A DNA stretch of 64,000 nt, taken from assembly GCA_001949185.1 (NCBI GenBank), contig BDGG01000003.1, positions 4,137,158 to 4,201,157 of the forward strand. Reading direction: 5' to 3'. Shown one piece after another: positions 50,426 to 62,916 of this stretch. Numbering within the stretch: position 1 is the stretch's first letter; every line of letters begins with the position of its first letter. Position numbers and translations under genes: made by a program. The notes under the pieces are model-generated. The model searched no databases. It saw only the letters and a list, made by a program, of their open reading frames with translations, and was not told where the DNA came from. The DNA is from Ramazzottius varieornatus (taxonomy: Eukaryota > Animalia > Tardigrada).

Positions 50426-53154
50426 ATGTCTCTGCAAAGGAAAATACGGGATAAGAACTTGATTAACGTGCGTATCGTATCGATGGATGCGGAGCTTCAG
50501 TTCACTGTACCGGTAAGCCTGCTGTGGCTATCATGATTACACTGTCTACATAGCGTATAAGCCTCATAACAGATTAGAAGGTGTATATTGTTATATTATA
50601 TGTCCATGTTCCAGAGGACCTCATATGGCAGAGACTTGCTGGACGTAGTGTATCGTGCTCTTGGGCTTCGAGAAACCTGGTATTTCGGATTACAGTACCA
50701 GGACGACAAGGCGCTGTTCAACTGGCTGAAAGAAAACAAACCTGTGAGCATTTCCGTTTCACCAGACAGTCTTCCGCTATGCCAGTTGTCCCACATAATT
50801 GCATTCCTGTTATCCGTAGCTATTGAAGCATAGTGGACTCTCGCTGGATGGCTGTCTTACCTTTTCCTTACTTGTCCGCTTCTACCCCGAAGATGTCTCC
50901 GAAGAACTCGTCCAGGACATCACTCAGCACCTCGTCTTCCTCCAAGTGCGCCAGTCCATCTTAGATAGCCACATATCCTGTCCTCCAGATGAAGCTATCT
51001 TGCTTGCCTCGTACGACCTACAGATCAAAGTATACATCAAACATACCTCCCTCTCGTGCCTGTTTTCAAGGTTAAATCATGGTGACGTTTTCGCAGTACG
51101 GTGATTACGATGACACGAACTTCGAGCCAGGCGCACTGCCAATCGAAGAGTTACTTCCCCTCAATATCCTCCAGCAATATGCCAACACGTCCCGCGAAGC
51201 ATGGGAAAACCGTGTCCGCCAGCTGCATGTTGACAACTATGGCTTCTCGAGAGCAGAAGGTGCGTAATGCGGGCTCTCACTTAATTAGCTTGTGCTTTGA
51301 AAAACTACACTGTGTTATACATTCCGCTCGATGTTCCAGCTGAGCTGGAGTACTTGAAAGTTGCTCAGAACCTGTCGATGTTCGGAGTAGGATACTTTCA
51401 GATCTCGGTACGTGGGTCCTCAACACATTATGTTGGTGTTTTGAGTTGCACATTCGTCTTTACTTGCAGAATAAGAAGGATTCTGTGGTGTACTTGGGCG
51501 TGACCGCCTTCGGTTTGAATATTTACGATAAGAACGACCGCCAGACACCCAAAATTAACTTCCCGTGGAGCGAAATTAAGAATGTATCCTACGAAGACAC
51601 AAAGGTTAGTACTAATGAGTGTCTAAACAGTATGTACGGTGTAGACAACACATCCTTTTCCAGTTCATCATACGGCCTGTCGACAAGAAGGTCCCCACGT
51701 TCTCCTTCTACTCCTCCAACCTTCGGCTCAACAAAATCGTACTGGATCTGTGCATGGGTAACCATGACCTGTTTCTGCGACGCAGAAAGCCGGTAAGACT
51801 TCTTTCATAACACATAGTTTTTCAGCACCATCATAAAACGGCTGTCTGTTCGTGTAAGGATTCTATCGAAGTGCAACAGATGAAGCTGCATGCTAAGGAA
51901 GAACGTGCTCGTCGTCAGCTGGAACGGCAGAAACTGCTGAAAGAAAAGCGCCTACGCGAAGAACTTCAACGTGAGAAGCTGGAGCTTCAGAGGCAGCTCT
52001 TGGATATGCAGGAAGAAGTGCGCCAAGCCAATGAAGAGATGGTAAGCACAGATGGAAGCTGGCCGAACTTTGCGGCGGGCAAGCAAAAGGCACAAGCTTG
52101 TTGTTTCAAATGGCATACGTTAGCAAACAATGACAATAAGAACGTGCGCTACTTGATGTAACAACTTTGTTTGCCGGCATCTCAGATTAATCTTCTTGGA
52201 CAGAATACTTATTCTTTGGCTTTCGAACCGATCGTCTTTAGAACCGATGTCATGAGACAGCATCAGTGTTGTCAGAAAAAGCAAAGTACTCGGAAGAGGA
52301 AGCGACACTTCTCAACCAAAAAGCTCTCCAAGCGGAAGCGGAAGTCCAGAAACTGAAGTTGACGGTGCTGCGTTCTGAAGAGGAGAGGATACTAATGGAA
52401 AAAAAGGTGCAGGAAGCTGAAAACATTGCCTCTCAGATGGCTGACGAGGCTGAGCGGTGCGCTGCGGAAGTGGAGGATTTCAGACGTGAGATGCTGAAAG
52501 CCAAAATGTACGAAAAGATGGCCAGAGACCGGCTGATGGAAATTTCTTCCACTTCGCCAAGCCCACGGTTTGCCGTCTACGAAAAGGTAGACAGCATCGG
52601 CAGCACACATTCCATCGCGAATGGCATGATGATGGACACTGAGAAACTCTCTGCCGAGATCGAGCGAGAACGGTAGGTGAATTTTCAAACCTGATACACG
52701 TCGAACTTTCATGTATGGGAAGTCATTCGAGTGACGCACGTTCTTAGTGTAGTGGACGGGAAACGTGCGTAACTTGAATGAGGACTTGCACGTTTCTTTT
52801 GCCGGCCTCCAATAACACTCAAATGATTGAGGTATAGCTAACTTGGCCTTTCTCTCTTCGTTGCAGACTAGAATACGTCCAAAAGAGCAGGAATTTCCAA
52901 ACACAGCTGAACGAACTGAAGACCGAAATCGAAATTATCAAGTCCGAGGACGCACTAAGCCCGTTCTACGCATTGGATGTCGCTGGAATGCGGAAGGAGA
53001 AGTTCGCCACATTACAAAAGGTCCGTCCTGCCTTCGCGGTTTCAAATCATGAAATATTCACAAGTGAATGTATCGCTCATCTGCAGATCTTTCTTCTTTG
53101 CAGGCAAGTGCCGGCTCCACGAAAATGCGCATTTCGCATTTCGAGAACCTATGA
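50426..53154 (+). CDS. NF2: Merlin/NF2-like FERM protein
   Basis: VSMDAELQF; [13 protein letters not shown]; [18 protein letters not shown]; [23 protein letters not shown]; Merlin-type C-terminus [12 protein letters not shown]. Confidence 0.88.
52078..52175. repeat. Intronic palindrome family (Merlin intron)
   Basis: Diverged core with 25-nt spacer. Confidence 0.8.
52700..52803. repeat. Intronic palindrome family (Merlin intron)
   Basis: gagtgacgcacgtt / aacgtgcgtaactt, a compensatory A-T pair in the core. Confidence 0.82.
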
Positions 53155-53382
53155 TTGGTCTATCCGCTGTAAGGATTTATTGTTTCAAATTCTGATCTTC
53201 GTTATTCCCCATTTTTCTTCGGTGCGTCTTCCCTTTTTGTTACAGTATTATGTTTTGACTCTTTATTTTTTAGTTTCAAGCGATTGTTTTAAAATAATTA
53301 GATCTTAGCCTAACATTTTTGTTCTTTTAGCAGTGTACTTTAACAGTGAAAGTCTTATCATTCTCACTTAGTCGACTAGACG

Positions 53383-55152
53383 TTATCCTGTTTGACCCTC
53401 GAGATGCCCGTCTAAGGCAGGTAGGCTCTGTACCCGGAGTGGGATAATGCCTCTTGGGTTGTCCGATTTGGAACTCATGCGCACCGAGGTCTCGAGGACA
53501 ACTGCAGCATGCGAAGCCTCATCTTCGAACTCCGGTTCAATGGTTACTCTGTCGATGCCTTCACTCCGCAGGTAGTCTTTGATCTGCTTCGCGACCTGCC
53601 GGTACTTTGAATAGCTGTGGAATTTCAGGTGCGCGGAACAGATAGTTACTCTCCCGTCTAGTTGCCAGATATGGAAGTTCCGGATGGACAGTACACCATC
53701 TATCTGCAAAACACAACACGAGGTCGTGACAACTTTCGATGGATTGAAGGTACACTCGGCTGACCTTCGCAAGTCCTTGCCCAATGGCAGTTGCATTCAT
53801 ATGGACCGGTACGCTTTGGAGCAATATGAGAGAGGATGAGTATACTGTAGAAGAACATTCCAGTCAGAGTAGTCAACATGTGCGAGCTTGTGGAGAGTTC
53901 CCACCGAGAGGTATTGTCATGGACAGGATGACGACCACGCTGATCAAGCTGTAAAATGGAAAACGTTGGTGGATAAACCAATTTTAAATTCGTTGAGAGT
54001 TACCTCATCGCGGGGTCAATGTAGTGGCGGTACCTCCAGTCTGTTTTCCAAATAATGGCTGCGGCGATAATGACCACGACCGAACCCAGAGCGTCGCCGG
54101 CCACATGGAGAAAGACACCGCGTATGTTCATCTGAGAACTTGACACTGCAACGAACCTAATGTTGCACGTTCATGCAGCTTACAGGTTGTCATGAACCCA
54201 AGTTCCAAGAACTAACGTGCTTTCTTCTTTGCAGTCTTTGAAGGTGCTTCCACCACAGTAACTGTCGAATCGACATGAGTCGTGACAGTGGCGTTAACAG
54301 GCAGACCCTCCATTCTGACGTTTGCCGACGGCGCGGTGGACCCTGAAGTATCAACTTGGTGAGTATGATGACCATTCGTATGTTGATGTTCGTGGGCGTG
54401 GGGATGATCATGACCGCCGTGTCCATGCTCTAAAAGTCATCAGATTTCGCTTTTCAAGAGAACTGAGAGTTGTTTGTGTGTTTCGGCATTATTTTAGACT
54501 GTAATATACCATGAAAGAGGAACAGCCCGATAATATTGATGACAAGTCCAATGACGCCCACAATCAGCACGAGCTTGGGGTTGTCTATCTCCACATGGCC
54601 AGTAAATCTTTCGATCGAGTTCACAAAGATTGAGAAGCACAGAGCGCATAAGAACACCGCGTTGACCAACGCACCAAGGACTAAACGGTAACGACGAGAC
54701 TTCCTGATATGTATACTCGAACTTGGGTCGCTACGTATACTGCGGCGCAAGCTGGCTTGTGGACTTACCTACCTTCCGCTCGAACCCAGCTGAAACAGTA
54801 TAAAGACAGTCTTGGCTACCTAAATCATCCGTTTAAAGCAAATTAATCCCAGTTGTACTGCCTCTTACCCGAATGTGTTCCTTTCCGTTTGCTTTTTTGC
54901 AATCTACCGGAAAATTTAGAGAGTAAAATGTTGGGTGGTGGGTTATTAGCAGAAAATAAGGAAGAAGAAGAGGCATACCCGAACAGAAAGTAGACCTATG
55001 ATCAAAGCTATGAGATCCGACAACATGTGAAAGGAATCTGCGACCAAAGCCATGGAGTTCGTCACGTATCCGACAGAGATTTCAACCAGGAAGAAACCTC
55101 CGGTCAGACCCAGCATGGACACCAGCCGCGCAGTCTTGCCGAACTTCCCCAT
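53383..55152 (-). CDS. SLC30A1: Zinc efflux transporter ZnT1/SLC30A1-like (CDF family)
   Basis: MGKFGKTARLVSMLGLT..SMALVADSFHMLSD; His-rich loop; SQMNIRGVFLHVAGDALGSV; FHIWQL; VTIEPEF. Confidence 0.9.
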
Positions 55153-56009
55153 AGCTACTTTTGTGATGCTCCGACAGATTTCTGGTGTAAATGAAACATT
55201 AAAACTTAGTTCACCCAGATGGACTAATCAGACATTAATCCATGTATTCGTCGTCTCGATATCCGCTTGTACCATGCTGATAACCATTTCAGAGCATCTA
55301 CTGCCATGATAAGTTCATACGGGCTGACTCTCGGGTTCCACTTCCACCCATACAACAATACTGCTGGTTTTAGGGATAGCGATAGTGGACAATGCAATAA
55401 TCTGGAAACTTCGATGCAGAAAGATATGAAGGTTTACATGTGATGCACCGCAAACATCTTTCAGTAGAAATGACAACTTTTGATGAGTCAAGTGTGCACT
55501 TCTCGACAAGTGAGGTACTTGGAAATCAATACCGGACGCCCTTGAAAAACTTCGATACAGCTTTTCTACGCCGTAAGCACACAACGATTGTATAAGTGTG
55601 CAGAAACCGCCAACTGAAAACCCGAACACTTCGAATTCTTGAAAGCGAGAAACCTTACAAACCCTTTGAGCTCCTTAAAATGTGAGGAAGGATATGCTGT
55701 CTCGGGTAATCAAAAACCAGTAAATTACAAACGATGGGCTCGTACTGATAATACACCACACTACAGTACCAACATTCGACAGTACGAGATACGAGACTTT
55801 GGAGCTGGCCAACAACCTATCCAACTTCTCTAGTAAAGCACTTTGCGCATCGGCCAAACCAAACTACGCGACTTTAGGAGTTGCTCTCTTTACGAGAGAT
55901 CATCTTCCGGTTGCGCCCCTTTGAATCGCATCGCTGACCAGTCACTACGTCATTGCGAGGCGTAGCTAAATTGGGAGCTGGGCTTCTCGGGCAAACGATC
56001 TGAACCAGA

Positions 56010-56306
56010 CACTGTGGTGCTGCTGAACCGCGCGTCCATCTGAGACCAGCTTACCATAAAATTCGCTTTGTCATGATACAGGCTGTCCCACACTACAAGG
56101 CTCTGACACTGGATACAGGAGTATTTAGAATCGAGTCTTGCAGTGTTTGCCTTTTTGTTTCGCACGTCTTTGAATGACGGCATGGATTCCCTGGTGCAAC
56201 TGGCTGAGCACTGGTCCCAGCCTACTATCGTCTTTGACGTACACAATCAAGAGCTTGATTATGCGTTTCTGGTCCCGGCAACGCGCGGTTCAGCAGCACT
56301 ACAGTG
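56010..56306. mobile_element. 297-bp MITE with 26-bp TIRs (CACTG termini), copy 1
   Basis: cactgtggtgctgctgaaccgcgcgt ... acgcgcggttcagcagcactacagtg. Confidence 0.75.
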
Positions 56307-56307
56307 G

Positions 56308-56353
56308 NNNNNNNNNNNNNNNNNNNNNNNNNNNNNNNNNNNNNNNNNNNNNN
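56308..56353. other. Assembly gap
   Basis: 46 Ns. Confidence 1.
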
Positions 56354-56354
56354 G

Positions 56355-56651
56355 CACTGTAGTGCTGCTGAACCGCGCGTTGCCGGGACCAGAAACGCAT
56401 AATCAAGCTCTTGATTGTGTACGTCAAAGACGATAGTAGGCTGGGACCAGTGCTTAGCCAGTTGCACCAGGGAATCCATGCCGTCATTCAAAGACGTGCG
56501 AAACAAAAAGGCAAACACTGCAAGACTCGATTCTAAATACTCCTGTATCCAGTGTCAGCGCCTTGTAGTGTGGGACAGCCTGTATCATGACAAAGCGAAT
56601 TTTATGGTAAGCTGGTCTCAGATGGACGCGCGGTTCAGCAGCACTACAGTG
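56355..56651. mobile_element. Same MITE, inverted copy 2 across the N gap
   Basis: Reverse complement of 56010-56306 with about 3 differences. Confidence 0.6.
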
Positions 56652-56854
56652 CCGATCAGGCTGATCAGACAATTTTTGTTTTCTTTTTGTCCAGCTCCAG
56701 CTTTCTCTTTTTCCGATTTGGGAAGGTTCTCCGTTTTCTGTTCGCCCGATTCGTCTGCGTCCTCGCGTCGTCAGCGTCAGCAGTAAAACGGCAGCCGATG
56801 GATTACGCGTAGCTTGTCGGGAATAACTCTTGCCATTTCTCCTTGCATTGCAGG

Positions 56855-59800
56855 ATGGACCACAGGTAAGAATTATCGAATCGTTTCCGCCCCTGCATTG
56901 ATTGAAAATAATTGCTGTTTGCTCACAACACTGTAGTATCCGCGACGGCCCACGTGTATCTCCCCGCAAGACGGGATTTCTGTACGACGCCTTTATGGAG
57001 AAGCATGAATGTCCCTGGGATCCCATGTGAGTCTGGATTTTATTGTTGACCATTTGTCCTCAATGGCTTGCCATAAGGGTTGACTAACTCAGTCTATGTA
57101 GGCATATCGAGAACCCAGCACGGATGAAAACCATTCTGAAGCGCTTACAAGAAGTTCATGGTATGAAATCCACACTCCAGATATTTTGATTTTCTATGAG
57201 CCTACCATATTCACCATCTTCCAGGCTCACCATTAAGCGAATGCGTCCCTCTGAAGGTAAACCTAGTCGAAGACCCGAAGTAGTTCCTCACTGAACAGCT
57301 GTGGAACTCAGATGGGATAGCATTGATTTCCCTAATTGTAGGCTAGATTCGCAACCGAGAATGAGATTCGGCTCGTTCACGAGCAGCCACTCATCAACAC
57401 AGTCAAGCGAATTTCGGCGAGCGAGCCCGAACCAGACTATCTGTCCTATAAGGACTTTTCGGCGCTGTACAACGCAGTGTACATGAACGAAGTAAAATTC
57501 TGTCTCCTGGTCTTCCGTTGAAAATTGATATTTCATCTGAATACATACGGTACACTTATCAGAAGTCGGAAAAGTGCGCGCTTATGGCTGCTGGGAGTAC
57601 CATTGACCTTGTGGAAGAAATTCACAATGGACAGATTAGCAATGGGATGGCTATCGTTCGGTGAGTCCTCTGCTCATCTTTCCCTGTTAGACCCTTGATA
57701 ATGATTGTACTGTAGTGGCTTATTGAAATGAGCTTGCAGTCCTCCTGGCCATCACGCATTCCCTTCTGAAAGCAACGGGTATGCAACGGGTATTCGGCAC
57801 GTGTGTAAATACTGATGCTGCGTCACAAATATGGTGAATACTTAGTTTTGCCTTACAGGTTTTGTATTTTCAACAATGTGGCCATTGCGGCTCAGCATCT
57901 GCTCACCGAATGTTTGCTCCAGAGGTAAGATGTGAAATTCGCTGTTTGTATCCTTTACCGGTTTACTAGCTTGATCGCGTGATTTAGAATTCTCATCGTG
58001 GACTTTGACGTTCACCATGGACAAGGCACGCAGAGAACCTTCTACGAAGACGATCGGTAAGTACTGTTTCATCGCCTCACAAACTGGGTGGTCGGCAAAC
58101 AAACCCAGCAAGATTGTTTCTTCGAGTGGCGCACTTTACGGTGCTATTAGCTAAACAATTGCACCACTTTGAGAAGCGTAGCAAATTCACCAAGAGTGTC
58201 TTTTCCACGTAGCGCACAGTTTCAGTGTTATCAGCGGGAACATGCGCTACTTGATCAAGTTTACTTGTCCAGTTTGTTTGCCTCGGCCCTAGTTATCGTT
58301 CTTTTCGGCTTCTTGCTTTCAGTGCTAATGTGGCCGTGGTGGTTTAGGGTGCTTTACTTTTCAATACACGTCTATGAAGATGGAGGAGCTTGGCCGTATC
58401 TTCGGGAGAGCGACTTCGATCACATCGGCGAAGGAAAGGGCCGAGGATTCAACGTGAATGTTCCTCTCAACAAGGGCGGTCTGGGGGACGCGGACTACAT
58501 GGCGATATTCCATCGGCTCCTGATGCCTATTGCGTTCGAGGTATTGTCCACCTGTAGTCACACTTTGCACGGCGCAGTATCACTGTTTTACTTTTATTCT
58601 GTTGGGTGTGGACCTTAGTACAACCCCGAATTTGTGATCATATCTGCAGGATATGATGCTGCCATCGGTTGTCCAGAAGTAAGTGCATGTTTGAAGTCCC
58701 CAATGTGTAATAAGAATGTACACGCAGGACGAGAAATTATGGTACAGTAAAAAGTATGGTACGAGGAGGAAAGACCAACTTTTCTAACGGGAATAGTGCC
58801 TAATTTCAGACTCCATTTTCAAATGGCTTCTCTTCTGGAATTTCTCCCATCAAGATCTCCCGCAGATTTTCGGTTCCGTCTGGCTAAGAACGGAGCAAGG
58901 TGTCGGGGGATGCTCGTGAATTAGCTTCATATTCGAAAACCTGGTGGCAGCTAAAAAAATTAACAGTTAGAAAAGTATTCGCAAGCTTGGCGAGTTAGAA
59001 AAGTTGGGTCTCGCTCCTCGTACAGGCCTTCTCGCTGCGGCTACGGCGGTACGGGAGCCCGTACGTAGCCGGTCCACAGTCATACTTTTTCTGACACTTT
59101 TCTACGGTCGAATTTCCATTTCGCCTTCCTTTCCGCCTGTCCTTAATTTTTACTGTACCATAATTTCTCGTCTTGCGTGTACAAGGTTCTGCGTTGTAGG
59201 GACACATGAGGGTCTCACCGGCAATGTACGGGCACATAACGCACATGCTGATGAGCCTGGCTGGTGGTAAGGTCGCCGCAGTTCTCGAAGTAAGTCTCGC
59301 GTAATTTGCTCTTCACCAGAGAATGAGCCCTTCTACCTTGAAAGAAATAACACTAGATTATTCTAGGGGGGATACTGCCTGGACTCACTGGCCGAAGTAA
59401 GGCTGCTTTCCATACAATATCGAATCATAATACGGGACGTCGGGAAATGAACTCACTCAAATGTCGTCCTAAATGGCGCATGCTCTCGACCAGTTACAGT
59501 GTAAAGATGCGCCACTTGAACTAACGATCTGGGTGGAATCATTTGCCGGCGTCCTAATTACACCGTGCTGAATAATAAAAGTTCATGGTGCAATACTGTA
59601 GCAGAGCTTCGCATCCTGACGCTTGTTTGTGTGTAATAGGGGGTCGTCTGTACGTTGGAAGCGCTCCTTGGCAGGCACGTTCAACCACTTCCAAGTCTTT
59701 CCGCGGCGGACGAAACGTATGTTTTCTGGCATTCAAATCCTTACTGTTTGGTAGACAATTTCACGGCTCCTTGCAGGGTTGTTTCTTCCATTTTGAATGC

Positions 59801-62232
59801 TACTTCGTGCCTCAGGAAGTACTGGAACTGTTTGAAGTTCCAAGACCAACCACACAAGGACGAAAAGTATCTACTGTTATCACTGTACTTGCAAAAGAAT
59901 TACCTCATGGTTACTGTACTGTTTTGAGGTTGCCCTTCTATCAGCCGGAAGTGAAGTACTCGCCACCAGATTGGCTGCCTCATCCAAACGAGGCCTACGT
60001 AGACCTGAATCCGTATCCAGCAGCTGAGAGAGTAGCTCTTCGGGACGAAATCAGTGCCTTGAAGCTACGCTACGATAAGTTTCGCAGATTTATGCCGACT
60101 CAACACAGGTAGTACCAACCGCACGGTACGGCGTTTGAAAAGTAACATTACTCTGACAGGTGAAAGTGCTTTTAGGACCTGCTTTGCCTACGACGAGCTG
60201 ATGCTCGAACATGCGGAAAATGGTCCGGAGGTCTCCCAGCGAATATCGGTCATCTACAATCACCTACAGAAAGCCGGTCTGCTGGAACGATGCCTGCGCG
60301 TACCTGTACGTATGTCGTGTCGTGTCAGCGTTTCTTTCTGCAACAATTTTGAACCGGCAGAATTTTTGACAAGTTTGTTGTTCCTTACCGCAGTCGAGGG
60401 ATGCTACGCCAGAAGAGCTTCTGCTGGTTCACGACTCGGACTATGTTGAACTTCTTCAGAAAGAACCCACCGAGTTCGCAGCCGAGGCGAGTCAGCGGAA
60501 ACAGAAACGGACACCAGGCCGCAGCCGGTGGCCAAATGACATTTGGGCCTCCGAGGTACGTTCCGCTTGTTACGGGAAACCTGCAAAAGCACGGGTAACT
60601 AGTACAAGCCCCATGCATTTGCAGGGAACAGTGCCAGCAGTTTTTCGTGCGGCTGGGTCTTTGTTGAATGTGGTGGACTGTGTCATGTCTGGAAAAGCCT
60701 TGAACGGCTTCGCGATTATACGGTACGTTGTCATTAGATCAGCTTCAGTAATGTGGAAATACTGAACTCTTGAATTTGGTGGTCTCAGTTGCCTCTGTTT
60801 TAGTCCTCCGGGTCACCATGCTCACCCCGATCATCCGGCTGGTTTCTGTTTTGGTAACTGCTCGTTAAATTGTGAGCCAACAGTAAATCACAGTACGAGT
60901 AGTTCACATGGACATTTTTGCAGGCAACAACGTCGCTATTGCAGCAGCGCATCTCCTGAAAAATCGGGGACTGCAACGGTATGTCATTTTGTCAAGAAAC
61001 AGATCTGTCCGGAAAATCTGCGTCTATTCAAACGGGCCTCCGCTAATGCAGGATTTCTAATTTATAGTATTTTGATTGTTGACTGGGATATACATCACGG
61101 TGATGGTATACAAGAGATTTTCTACGACGAGCCCAGGTAGCGTCACCCTCCTTTTTCCACTACGACGAGGGGAAATATTCAAGGCAGAAACTGTTTTCCG
61201 TAGAGTTTTGTACATCTCACTTCATCGGGGTGGGGATTTCTATCCGGGCGGAGAAGGAACCGGTGTAAAGTTTACTGGACGCGGAGAAGGCCAAGGATAC
61301 AACATGAACATTCCGTGGAAGCAGAAGGTAAGAAACGGTAAAACTTCGCTCTTGTTTCTTGAACACTTTCGTAAATTATTATCGATCATGGCTGCGCGAT
61401 TCTTCAGTCTGGGCGTGGTTGCAGGGCAAAGGTGATGGTGATTATTTGGCCGCTTTTTTACAGCTGGTCATGCCGGTTGCATATGAGGTGAGTCTTTCTT
61501 GTTCATAGACATCTCACTAATTTCAGTGCTTTACGCGAAACAGCTCGGCGAAAGATCGATTTCTTCAGTTCGCGCCAGAGATTGTCCTGGTGTCCTGCGG
61601 GTTCGACGCGGCGTTGGGCGACCCGTTAGGAGAATGTGCGGTCACGCCTTTCGGCTATTCTCTTATGACCAGAATGCTCATGAGCCTGGCAGGCGGGAGA
61701 CTGGTTCTGGCTCAGGAAGGAGGCTATAACCTTACGGTAGGTTTCCCCTGAAAAATTAAATAGTGTCATCTGATCGCGGAACAGACTGGATAAGTGTTGT
61801 AGGCTTTAGCCAAATCCGCCGAAAGTATTTTCCGCGCGTTGATGGGATACGACGTCGAGAAACTCCCGAGAGCTTTGACGCCGAGCTCTAGGTGAGTTGC
61901 TATAGTACAGTGGAATGTTATATGTGGTACGCGGAATGCAGAAATTGAAGCTCTGTTTTGGGTAGTGCTGTGGACGATATCAACCATGCCATTGACGCCC
62001 ATGTTGGTCCCCGTCGAATATGGAATACGTTGCAGTACCGTTGTAAGTTCGCCGTTAGCATACTCCGGCTTCATGTGGTTTCTGCGGACAGCTCGGACGT
62101 TTTGGAGTGGTTAACCCGTCGACTATTTTTTCAGTACATGTTGGTAACTTGAAAGCTGAAGGTGCGTCTGAGGACTGGGAAGACGAACTGTCTAAACTGG
62201 CGGAAACGGTCCAGAAGGTTCGTCTCGATTAG
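56855..62232 (+). CDS. HDAC6: Class IIb histone deacetylase with two catalytic domains (HDAC6-like, no ZnF-UBP)
   Basis: CD1: [34 protein letters not shown]2: [31 protein letters not shown]. About 25 tiny exons. Confidence 0.88.
58094..58282. repeat. Intronic palindrome family, double core (HDAC intron)
   Basis: ggcaaacaaac...gtttgtttgcc clamp around two cores. Confidence 0.88.
58721..59179. mobile_element. TA-flanked MITE (33-bp TIR) in an HDAC intron
   Basis: TA|cacgcaggacgagaaattatggtacagtaaaaa ... tttttactgtaccataatttctcgtcttgcgtg|TA, with one mismatch. Confidence 0.85.
58762..59020. mobile_element. Nested mariner-like MITE (TA-flanked, ~27-bp imperfect TIR)
   Basis: TA|cgaggaggaaagaccaacttttctaac ... 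gttagaaaagttgggtctcgctcctcg|TA. Confidence 0.75.
59441..59548. repeat. Intronic palindrome family (HDAC intron)
   Basis: Variant arm aaatga/tcattt, 25-nt spacer. Confidence 0.87.
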
Positions 62233-62916
62233 AGACGTCACCGCGGATTCCACATACACTTTATTGTATTGCCTGAAGTTTTTTCGCGTTTTACTTTGGT
62301 TTCCAAACTATTGTTTACAATTCTCGTGGACTATTCTCGTTTCATCGATAAATTTGCGGTGGTATCTTGAGGTTTCAAAACTTTGTTGTATATTTTTACG
62401 GGTTTAGAGTTTTTGTTTCAGCGTTTCGGGCAGTATTGTTATTTTATTTTTCTTGTGCTCATTCATCCATGCGATCAAATCAGCTTAATATCTTGATCTT
62501 ACTTTTGCTATTATAGTTTGGTCGCCATCCCGTTCGGTCAGTTGTGTGAGCCTGAGTTCCCTCGAGTGGCCGGGTTATTGCTGTCAGAAGTGTGATCAAG
62601 CACTCAGGACAAGCCTCGAATATAGTATGACATGACATAACATAACATAACATGCCATGATCGATCGAACGAAAACAAGGTTGTAAAATTAAGGCCTAGG
62701 TCGTCGTGGAGTTCTTGCATTCCTCGCGAAATTCGGTGCCAGAAATCTGTCTCAGACTGTTCGCTTCGTACCATCAAGTTGTAGGTACCAATGTTGTACC
62801 CTGGAGGGCTCGGTATTCGATACTTCTCCGTTGAAGCTTACTTTTCCAGATTGACTGATGACCATCTCGCTGATGCTGCATATGATTCAAGTGACGCAGC
62901 AGAACTGCGGATATCG

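Noticed and set aside
56143-56786. Mirror-image ORFs around the gap
   Set aside because: These are translations of the inverted MITE copies through Ns.
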